Source: Laetmonice hystrix
Lineage: Eukaryota
Direction: 5' to 3'
Length of the DNA stretch: 64,000 bases
NCBI GenBank assembly: GCA_965235115.1
Contig: OZ249436.1
Span: forward strand, 40,984,001-41,048,000
Shown piece by piece: positions 39,622-51,100 of the stretch; position 1 is the first letter of the stretch; every line of letters begins with the position of its first letter. The notes under the pieces were generated by a model. It was not told the DNA's origin. It saw only the letters and a program-made list of their open reading frames with translations, and ran no database searches. Both the position numbers and the translations under genes were made by a program.

Positions 39622-39943
39622 CCTACTAATAGCTAGTCATATTGATGAAGGTCACCTATATAGAAGTTTAAAATCAAAATTATGGTTCTTTGCAAAACTT
39701 TGCAAAATTAAATTCAGACTCGCGAAAGCAGACTCATGTCATATAGAAATAACATAAAAAAATACTGCACGTTCAGAACGTCCAGCGAGCTATTTTGAAA
39801 GTTCCACCAAGGAGTAGGAAGAATCTAGGGCAGGGGAACATAGTGATAAATCGTCTTTGTTGATCAGGAAGAGTATTCCAGAATCTTTCAGAGACTTTCT
39901 CTATTTCTCGCCGCATTCTGATCACAACTCTACTGACACATAC

Positions 39944-40216
39944 CAGTGGGGGATTCAAGATTTTGAGAAGGGGCCCACCTAATTTTGATAGCTTTGCTAC
40001 GCTCAGCATGATTTGATTGGCCCAGAGTTATGTTGCTGCTGGATTGAGGAGGTCCTTTTGGGCCCAATGTTACTATCACATACAATATAGGAGGGTTTTT
40101 AAAAAGAATTTTGTTTGAATACTGGTCTCAGGGGAATAATGCATCTTCATCAAAAAAGGGAAATCTAAGGGAGGCCCTGGCCCCTGGGCCCCCTGGACCA
40201 ACTGGACCCCCCACTG
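39944..40216. mobile_element. Short hAT-like MITE
   Basis: CAGTGGGGG...CCCCCACTG ends; flanks cacatac/cgcatac resemble a 7-bp TSD. Confidence 0.55.
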
Positions 40217-41774
40217 CGCATACTCATCATCATTACCCCGTGGATGTTTTTAGAATGGCGAAACTTTCCCAACTTGCCGCCACTCGACCTCCTTCTCTCT
40301 CCGTACTTCCAACTTTACAAACCGAAGCGACAACAGCACTTCATCCGATAATATTTGTATTGGTACATTCGTACCGTGTACGACATAATGGTGGCATATG
40401 TCCATGTATCAAGCCGTGTACGATTAGATCTCAACTGGCGAACAAACGTTGAATTATTATGGTGAACGAGGACAGAAACGCAACAAATAACGATTTTATA
40501 AATTGATATTGTAGATTATATGTTTGCACAAATGCAAAGTCTGTCCTGTATTGCCAACATCAATAACTACACAGAGAAAGTGTTTTGGCGATTGAATGAT
40601 TTTGTAAGGTAGATCTGTAGCATCTAACAATAGCGTACTCAATATGGTAAGGCCTATGGTCCACATAATGGAAACTGGAATGTACTGACAACGCTCTGCC
40701 TCAGTAGTTGTATATATACATGGCAAATTTTAAAGGAATACATAATTCTGATACAAATTTATAATCATTTTCCTCATTCTTAATTAGGCCTACATTCATA
40801 TAATGAACACGTGATCACAGCTTTGGAACCTAAAGTCTTCGTACTGTAGAGATGGTAGGGGTGAGCACCCGTACACATTGTATAGAGTCTCGCACAGGAA
40901 AGACTGGAAGTATCATAATTACCTTCGCGTGTATGAATCTCAAACCTTCACGATCGGTCGTTGATCAATGTCTCATGAGTCCCACTTCATTCACGTCTGC
41001 CTCCACCATGGGGAGCTGGTCCGGTGGAACGGTTTGCTCTGGCATACTGTTCTCATTTTATATGTATTCCATACCGGAATACTTAATACAAAATCTAATA
41101 CTACATGCACACAGCTTCTTAAAAAGTCCCACGACGTGATGCATGCGTTTTCTGCAGGCTATTGTGTCTTTTGTGAGAGGGTTTGTTAACAGAATATATT
41201 AGCGAGTGACCCTCTATAGAGAAAAAAAATGCACAGAAAATAACTTTGCTATATAATATGATTAGTATTAATATTAATATTAACATTAATATTAACATTA
41301 ATAGAAACCATATCCGTTTAATTTCAAAACGAAATTGCTTTTAAAGCCTTTTAAACGGGTACTTTGCCGAATATTACCTTAAATACCTGGGAGCATTGGT
41401 AAAGACTAGTGGTAAAGTTTCGATTTTTTAAAATTATTTCTGGAGAGAGTTTTTGCCAATTTTCTGTCGCAATTTTGAACCTATTTGTGAAGTATATAGG
41501 CCGACTGATCCGCCCATCGATGTACCAGTTATTTGTTTTCATTGACTTGAATAAAACACGAATTAATCATATATTTAGCACTAATAGACCGAGCCAAAGT
41601 GGTCAATATTGTGACAGATGCTCATGAACATCAATATGAATCCTGCACACATGGCCATGTTCAAAGATTACAGTCTAACGGTTTACTTGTACAAAACATG
41701 GCTTCATTATCTTTTGTCTCCCGTTTCCTCTTGTGTCGCCAAGGGGTTCTTCCTTCCCTTCTCCCTTTGGCTGC

Positions 41775-41780
41775 TATAAA
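41775..41780 (+). promoter_or_regulatory. Possible TATA box of gene 2
   Basis: gcTATAAAtc about 190 nt upstream of the acceptor (41970) of the ATG-containing exon; position only. Confidence 0.25.
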
Positions 41781-42058
41781 TCGGCGCCGAGCCTTTGTCA
41801 AAGTTTGTCAAGCAGAAAACAGCCGAGTAATGAACCTTACATGCCACCATTGTTTCCAACACAATAGGTGTTATCATTTCTATAGTTGGGGATCAGTCGG
41901 CCTGCTGCCACCTCATTGTACACAGTCGATATGTCACTCATTCTGTGCATTCTTAATGTTGTATCTTCAGACTGAGCCCCACCCTGTAACCCCACCCCCT
42001 CCACCCCTCCATCCCTCCACCCCTCCACCCTCCGGCCGGGGGCAGACGATGCCGTATC

Positions 42059-42152
42059 ATGATCCCGTCCTGGATGCCAACACGGTTCCTCCTGCTCGTC
42101 CTCCAGACCGTCACTATCAGCCTGGGAGCCTGGGCCGTCGCCCAGGAGTCAG
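42059..42152 (+). CDS. Signal-peptide exon MIPSWMPTRFLLLVLQTVTISLGAWAVAQES
   Basis: Hydrophobic core with an AxA-type cleavage site; AG|gtaggt in phase 1. Confidence 0.75.
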
Positions 42153-45100
42153 GTAGGTTACCGTAAATGGTTAATCCTGCAGTAACATAAGTAAACAGAA
42201 AGAAATATTCATCTCAATTCTATTTTTAATTAATTAATTTGTTATTCATTATCAAATCCATTAAATCAATTGTTTATTTATTCACGTTGTTTGTTTGTTT
42301 GTTTGTATGAATTGATAATAATAATTGTGAATAGAGATTCTCGTCAAGTGACCAGATGTTTGTGTTAATGTTCCTCTTAGCTTGTCCCCGTCCCTTCCAT
42401 GCTCAGGGGACCGAAGGACTTTTCGTTTTAATTTTAGTCCAAAGCCACATAAATTTACAGTTGAATGAAAATTGCGTGCAGTGTGCATGCATTGTTTGTT
42501 TTCTTCTGTGACGTCGCTAACGTTACAACTCCTCTGATATTGATCCAAACAAGTTTCTTGGGCTAGCTGAACTCTATAGGATTCTCTTTGGATGCAAAGC
42601 TTTGTTTGAGAATACCATATTATGAATAAGATAAACAATACAAGGACTGAATGCAGAGATTAAGATCCAAAATAGATGATAGTCTGTCGAGGGAAATGTT
42701 GACTCCCTGGCACGGGGAGGGGGGGGGTCACACCTCGGAGAACCTCAGAGAACCGATAAAAGAGTTCCACACGAAGAGATCCTCCCACGTGTTGATGATG
42801 GCTGTAGTCGTGTAACCATGGTAACCGGGGAACGTATTGACTTTCTGACCAGTACATTAACCTCCAATCTGTTATTTGGATGACGCACGAACCAGAGAAA
42901 CACTCCAAATTAGAAGACGGCAATCGGAATTCCAGTATGAAGTCATCTAATTGTTGTCCTCGGCTGTATGATTATTTGTGGTGAACTGTTCCAACTGCGT
43001 TTAAAACACAATCGCAGACTTTCCGCTGGCTGCAACTGCCACTTATAGACGACGCGTCAAACACCCAAATACAGAAAACAACCACTTCTAGGGCAGTCTA
43101 ATGAGAGAGAAACTTGGACGTTTAAAGTTCACGGAGGTAGTCCGGGAGTGTTTTCTTGTTTCACCCAGTACATAGACGGGCCTCATTTGCATAGACAATG
43201 CGCAGCTGCTCTCAATGGGGTCTTCTTCCTCCTCGTCATCTTCGTCTTCCGAATGCATCGAAGACCTTCTTCGTTGGCTTCCGTTGTAATTTGAAGCTCA
43301 AACTCTTCACGTTCCTCAGCTTCTGAAATATGCATCTCTTGTTCTGTGGCAAATAATATTCTTCCATTATATCGATCTTGCCCGATAGGCATGCATGTCG
43401 ATATTTCTTTTTAATGCTCCCTCTAGTTGATGGACTCCTTCCCCTTTGAAACTCTTCCCACCAACGAGTTTTGTTTATCCTGTATAATGTATAACTATCG
43501 TATACTAGACGTTGATCATTTTTCCTTTCTATGTTCCCGTACCGGCGGACAGATTCATGCCTGTCCGGTAGTGAGGCGGATGGGCACGGTGGTTGTGTGC
43601 CCTGTCGGGTGGGTTTCTACCGAGGACAGGGCGCACAGCTCGAGTGTGAGCCCTGCCCCCGAGGCTGGATTACTCACGAGGTGGGCGCATGGAAGCTCAG
43701 TGAGTGTAATCTCGCAGTCGGATCCCGAGGTGAGTCTCTTTTTTTTGGGGGGGGGGGGGGGGAGGGGTACCATTCAGGTCCGGGCTCTTTGGTTGATCAA
43801 TAGTCGGGCTGGATGGAGCCACTGGGCGCTCCGTGTGGGGAAGGTTGGGGACACTGTGACCTGTATAGTTACCATCACTTAACTGGTTCCTCATTTAAAG
43901 TGGCAAAAGAAGGTTTTTTTTACCGACATTGAAAGGTACACATATAGGACTGCTCATAAAGTATGTATATAGGTCCTCTTTAAAAGAATTGGATGCCCTC
44001 TCCCATAGATATATTAATTTTACTTAATCGTTCGAATGTTCTATTTCAATGGCGCACACATTGCCACGCCTCCCCACTCCAAACATCAATTTAATTTGCC
44101 CATTCAAATTTACTAGCCTGCAAAAACTCGATAAAGACCTACATATAGGCCTACATAATAAGATGGCGCCACAAGTCTTGATGTCAACGACACTTCCAGG
44201 CCACCGCGTCTTTGCAGAACTATAGATAACAGAGACCAGTTTGTAAGACAGCCCTGTAGACAAACACAAGCCTACCATATCCGCCATATGTTGCAGACCT
44301 CTGCCCGTCTGGCCAAGAGTGGCAGAGTAACGGCGAGTCATGCGCCCCCTGTCGGCAAGGCACATATCGTACGAAGTCCATCGACTACTGGTGTGTGCCC
44401 TGTCCTAAAGGGCGCAATACGACCGAGGAAGGGGCAGTGTCTGTGGATGACTGCATAGTCCGTGAGTAAAACTGTTAATCTTTTAAAGTTTACAAATACA
44501 CAAGAGTGGTCACAGTTCTGTGCTTTTTGAAGGCATTCCTTACGTCATCTACACAAGTACACAAATGTGGTCACAGGTTTGTGCTTTGTTGGGACATTTC
44601 TTACGTCACCTATCGGAAGTTCAAAAGTTGCTTTCACAAGTACTGCAGCTCTGGGAACTCTGGGCTGGGTATTTTGAGATGACAAAAATATTTGTAGAAC
44701 CTGTATTTGTAGAATCGTATAAGTTTATTTGTCAGGTGCATGCTGATTTGGTAATGTGATGGTGACGTCATAACCTACACAATATTAACCTCACTCCTAA
44801 TTCTGTTATCCTTTTTAACATGTCATCTTTATTTCCTCTCTATTCTCTGATAATGGTTGGTGTAACAATCTGGATTTTTTTTCGGTGTCTTTGGTAATCT
44901 CTCTCTGGGCATGCGCTTTCGTCACTTCCTGTAACTATAGTTGACGGCTGCGGTGACGGTGCCGAGTGGAACTCCAGTACGCGTTCGTGTGAACCGTGCC
45001 AACTTGGCTTCTATGGCGTCAGCAGTAGCTGTCAAATCTGTCCGGACAACCACGTCACACTATTCCGTGGGTCAAGGTCACCGTTCGAGTGCGTACCCTT

Positions 45101-48100
45101 GAGTGGCAAGGAGTACATGTTCACTCAAGGTCAGTGGGATCATAATCGCCGTGGTGAAAGATGATTTAGTTGCCGGTTTGAATAATTTCACGCCCTGTAC
45201 ATGTGGCTTCTGGTTTATACGTATATTATGATTTTGTCGTTTTGTGTCGCTTTAACCTCATTTACTCACGCCTGACTCACCGATATCATGGGGGAATTAA
45301 AAAACAAACGGTAACCCTAACCTTGAAAGCCAAGATCTACACCTTGGCAAACTCAGTCCTTTAGTCCTTTAGTCCCCCTGGTCCCTGATGCTACTTATAT
45401 TAGATAGGCCCTGGTGGTTAAAGCAATCACCGAGTATCTCTCATTTCAATGTCTCCAAAATGCAGACATGGGCTGTTAGGTTGGATAAGACCTCAGACTT
45501 CACTACATAAATCAATAAATGTATACCCACAGAAATGGAGAAATCTAATGAAATCCAACATTCCGTTTGCCTGTAACTGTTGTCACCAGGTTGTTGACCT
45601 GGCATTGACTTGAACAGCCAATGAAATTCATCGTCCCATGAACTTTATTGGTTGTTCACGTCAATGTCAGGTCAACCATTTTGTCAACAACCAGCCATAA
45701 GTCGATCACTTCATAGCGTCAACAGGCAACTGGAATGTTGGATTTCTTTAGATTTCTCCATTTCTGTGGGTATACATGATTGATTTAAGCAGTCTATGGC
45801 TCTATCTAACCTAACATCCTATGTTTGCATTTTGGAGTCACTGAAATGATAGATAACCGGTGATTGCTTTAAGGTCTATTATACCTGTCCAGTATTACAG
45901 AGCCGGAGATAACTTTTCTATTACGATCAATTAAAGAGTTGGGCCTATACCGTGGCTGATAGTCTAGAATGCTTGACTATTAGGGTCTACTCGTTGGGAC
46001 GTTGTCTACCACTGAACTTACGTTACGTTACGACGTATTACGACTTAGATCTACAGTTATTGATTGCGTTTTGTTCCCCCATTGAACAGAGGACTGTCCG
46101 GCAGGCACTCAGTTCGACGAGTCCCTGAACGTGTGTGAAATCTGCCCTAAGGACACCTACCGGGAAAAGACGGATCCATTCGTGTCGTGTCTCCCGTGTC
46201 CTGACGACCTGCACACTTACACAGAGGGTGCCACTGATCGACTTCTGTGTATGGACTCGGAGCAGCTGGTCAACCTCAAGAGGGGACTTCCCGCCTCAGG
46301 TTGGTCCTCTCTTCATATGTGGATCAGGATTCCTTCCGCAAATCCTTCAGGGGTGGTTTTTTCTTTTAACTTGTTTCTCTTTTTGACCCAATTACTCAAT
46401 AATTGCTGAACATAAGGGTAAACGTGAGTGAGTGAGTAGTTGGTGTTTAACGGCCAGCCATCAGTATTTCAGCTAATACCAGGGCGAGAACAAGGTAACT
46501 AACTCAGTAAGATGAAACCCGCACACCGGGACGAACCCTACTCTACATAAGGATAAACAGTTATTGAATTTTTTGGAAGTACTAATATTGACCTTTATTG
46601 TTAACATGGATGTAGGCTTGAACCCCGTATATTTCATCTTCTCTGCGAGGGGTAGGAACCCCCATCGCATGACTAATCAACAACTAGGCCCACATTGTAT
46701 GACAGCGTATATTATTGGACCAGGTGTGCCGTGCCCGCTGGGGACAGAGTGGGCCGAGTGGTACGAACCGGTGTGGGGTCATCTGGCTGGCTGTCGGCCG
46801 TGTCCATGGGGCATGTACCGAGACCAGCCCAGCCTACGGCTGTGTCAGCTGTGTCCAGCCGGTACCACTACCTTCCTGGTCGGCTCCATACCTGCCACCC
46901 TCTGTATCACAGACATGTCAGCCGGCCAGCCTACCACACCACTCATGGTCACTCCATCCGTCATCCCCGTCCGGATATTCAATCCAGGTAGGCACACAAT
47001 AACCCTCCTATCTCATAACATATCACAGGTGCACGGCCTTCGAGTATTACAAGGTGGTTACCATTGGGGGATTAGGGGTAGGCCTATATATTGGGACAGG
47101 GCACTTACCTAATCCAAAATGATCTAAAAATTAGGAAAGGGTCTTTTGCCGGTTACGTCCTTTAAGGACAGAAAATAATAGGGAGATCTGCCGACAGACG
47201 GCGCCAAGAGTCTAAAACGGCGAAGAATGAAAATTGGAATTATCTGTCCTAATTTATCGTGACATGCCTTGTTGCCTTGGGAAGTAGACTCTATTGAAGC
47301 CATAGTGTGTTAAGCTATTATTTTATTCTACCATTTTCAAGACTGTAGCCTATTGGGTCAAACTTCGTCACCGCATTAGTTTAAAAATGTTCCGTCTCAC
47401 TCCAGCTAACTGTCCGCCCGGTACCGAGTGGAACGCTACCCACTCGTCATGTATGGTGTGTGTACGCGGCATGTACAGCATGATGACAGCCGGCTCCAAC
47501 ACGTGTGTCGTCTGCCCGAAGGGACGCACCACGCTCATAGAGGGCGCCACCAGCCGCGGTCAGTGCGCACTCATGACGTCACCCGGCGCCCAACAGACAT
47601 TCTTCAACGAAGGTAACGTTTAAATTTGACAGTATTTTTCATGAATATTTTTCCAGTGGAAAAAGGAGTGTTTCTTTTTTTTTGCCAAATTTCTTTTCTT
47701 TAAAAAAATTATTATTTTTTTCTTTTCATTACGTCACTATACATAACTGTAGATCTACGTTGCTGCTGTGCCGTTCCAGCGGATTGCCCCCTGGGCAGTG
47801 AGTGGGACGAGTGGTCGCGGGCATGCCGACCCTGCCCACTCGGCTGGTACCGGGAGGACCCCGACCTGGCCGCCTGCTCCGTCTGTCCTCCAGGGCTGAC
47901 TACACTCACGCCGGGATCCATGTCACGATTCCTCTGCGCCGTCCCCCTGGAGGGACCCGACCGAACTATTATAGGTTCCGGTAATTATTCACCAATCACA
48001 ACGCAAACCCAACAGCCACACTAACATGCAGTCTAAGGAGAAGTTTAATAGATCTGCATAGATTAGCCTAAAGTACAGTGCGTGTCACAATCATCGTTAT

Positions 48101-51100
48101 CCCGTCGTGCGTTAAAATCCCCATTGAATATTAAAGGGGCATGCTATGGAACGCGTTTTTGAGGATTTCCGGCAATTATTCAACATGACCGTGTACTATA
48201 TAGGGATCCAAGTATATAATCCTACCACAGCATTTTGTCCTCCGACGTGTTTTCGCTGCGTATGCAGCACAAGTAGGTTCTATACGACCAAACCTATAGA
48301 TTTCTCCCCATAGCACATCTCCCGCCATAATTTGGTAGACAACCCACCATCAACCCGTTTGCATACTGCGTCACCTCCTGCGTGTGCACTCTCTGCATGT
48401 GCTTAGTCGCGTGCTTTGTTTAGTTGTAAACAATTCATCAGTTGCACTCGATCGTCTGGCATCAGAATGCCACCCAAAAATATATTTTACGAAATCGGCA
48501 GAGAAGCGGGCAAGGGAGCTTTATAAACTTCGATTTCTCACGCAAAATGAAACTGATAAGTCTGTCTTTGTTTACCAAGCAATTTTAATGAAGGATCTCT
48601 TTATGAAAACAGCAAAAGTTATTTAAAATACAGATTTTTCACATTTCCTCATAATATGCCCCTTTAACGATACGACCAGCTAACGATAGGTTGTGAAACA
48701 CTCGTCTATAAGCTACGTTCGAAGTTCTGCTCAGTATTTGATGAGGGTTATCAAAGATTACAGTGATGCATGGCACCATAACATATTATAAAATATATTA
48801 TTTTATTTATAGATGGTTGCGACCCTGGCTACCAGTCGTCTGCTAACAGCACCCACTGTACCCCATGTATACCCGGTACATTCAGGTCAGGGGTCGGGTG
48901 GGGAGATTGCGTCCAGTGTCCGCACGGTTCGGATAGTCAACCAATGAGGACGCCGCGGAGGGGCGCCACCGATATCAATCAGTGCCTACCGGTAAGTTTA
49001 CTGTCATGTGTGGAGGGTACAGCTCTTTTTCCGTTGTTTTTTTTTTTGTTTTTTTTGGTTTTTTTTTTGTTTTTTTGGGGGTTTTTTTTACATATAAAGA
49101 TGTTCTATCCGGAATGTTGTAGCTATTTATTCATTTATTCATTAATATAAGTAATGCCTGTCTATGGATGAGAATGTAGCCGTATAGTCTGAGTTTACCT
49201 TGAACCTGTGTAAGAATCCGCTGCTGCCCTATATAGGCGGGTCAAGTAACGAGTATCCGGCCCTCGTACGGCCCGCAGTCTGGCGGTACCGTCATCGACG
49301 TCCTGGTCGAGTCAGCCATCGACTTCAGGGTCGTCGAAATACGTATCGCAGCCATGCCCTGCAAACTTCGCAGCAATTAGTAGGTGTCATTTTATTCTTT
49401 ATCTTTTTGTTCGGTACAATAACATTTGGTCAGAGTTTGATGTTATCAGCCCAGTAGGCAGCGTTTCGACGGCGGAAGGGTGTAGCCTAGTAGTAGAAAA
49501 AATGGGAGTTTGACGGAGTGGGTACTAGTAGTAGAAAAAATGGGAGTTTGACGGAGTAGGTAGTAGTAGAAAAGATGGGAGTTTGACCGAGTGGGTAGTA
49601 GTAGAAAAAATGGGAGTTTGACGGAGTGGGTAGTAGTAGAAAAAATGGGAGTTTGAAGGATTGGGTAGTAGTGGAAAAAATGGGAGTTTGACGGAGTGGG
49701 TAGTAGTAGAAAAAAATGGGAGTTTGAGGCCCTATCTCTCAGAGACGCGGCAAACAGCATAACTCGCTACTTGTTGCAAACTATTGGTGCTGCCCTGCAT
49801 GCCGCGCTGTACCATAAGAGACCAAGGCTGGTATTTTCCATAGCAAAAATGTTATTTTATTAAAAAAAGTAATTTGATTTGCAAATGATGCTCCCCTACC
49901 CCATGATCTCCGTCGGCAATGACCCTGTTATTACTTGGTTATGATTGGTTATAGTTTGGTGGACGGGACAGTGTCCTGTGTGACTCCAGCGGTACGCAGT
50001 CTACCAACTCCTGACCCCCTCTACCTAGAGGTCATGGAGGGCGTCGTGTTGACATCACGTAATAACTTCATGTATAAACCCGACCCGATCATCACTAGTG
50101 TGGAGGGACTACAGGGCATACCAAGGTATAGAAGCACATCTGGCTTACATTGACAAAATGTTTCTACATTTCCTTTGGCCTAAACAAGGTTTATCAATCT
50201 CTTATACTAAGGCCTATTGTGGTATATTCTAGGTTAGAATAATTTTTTTAGGTCTAGTAAATTCTAGGAGATAATATTCTGTGTCCGTGATAATTAACCT
50301 CTGAAAAGCCCTAGGATTCAATTAGATGTGTGTAATTTTTATATACATGTACAGAGAATCTTTAAAAAGTTTGTTTTTATCATGTATAGTGGTGGTTTGA
50401 CCATGACGGTGACAGGGACTAACTTGAACTCTGTGACGTCACCAGCCCTCCTACTTTACGAGAAGAGGATCTCTACAGACGGTCCTGACCGTCTTTCTTG
50501 GGTACGGCCTACAGACCACCGACAACATGATCTGTTGATTTCAATAAACCCTATTATAAATTATCTTTCAATAATTATATTAGACTTTGCTCATGATTTT
50601 CTCAATGGGAATTAACCTGTACTAATGATCAACAAGCTTCCTATGAATGATCATGACGTAGACTTGCTATAACCCTTTAGGAATATCCTAATTAGATGGT
50701 TCATTTTTAGACTTGCAGGGTGGTTGACAGTGGCGTGATAACTTGTACTTTCCCGGACACGTCCAAGCGGGGACGTAGACGTCGAACCACTGACAGTGAC
50801 GAAACGACAGAATATTACACAGGGTTTGCGCTTGACGGTGTGACGTACTACCGCAATATGTCTGACGTCATGCCTCAATACGGCACATTCACGCTGCACC
50901 CAGACCCCGTCATATATCCATTTGAAGACAAAAACGGCGTCAGGATATTAGAGAGAGATGCGAAGACATTTGTAATTAAGGTAGAACCTATAGTTCTCTT
51001 TCAAAAAGTTAAATATTATGTCCAAGTAGATTTGCAATAGTAGTTTTTACCTGGCATGAGTAAATTGAGGCCTGAAAAATAAAGCGACTGTGAGTAAGAG

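Noticed and set aside
39488..39757. Cys-rich CIVCKVG repeat ORF resembling a metal-binding protein
   Set aside because: Translation of a 24-bp minisatellite.
42660..43400. Coding-like minus-strand stretch with acidic runs in intron 1 of gene 2
   Set aside because: Frames are interrupted and I recognise no domain. It may be a decayed element but cannot be supported without a search.
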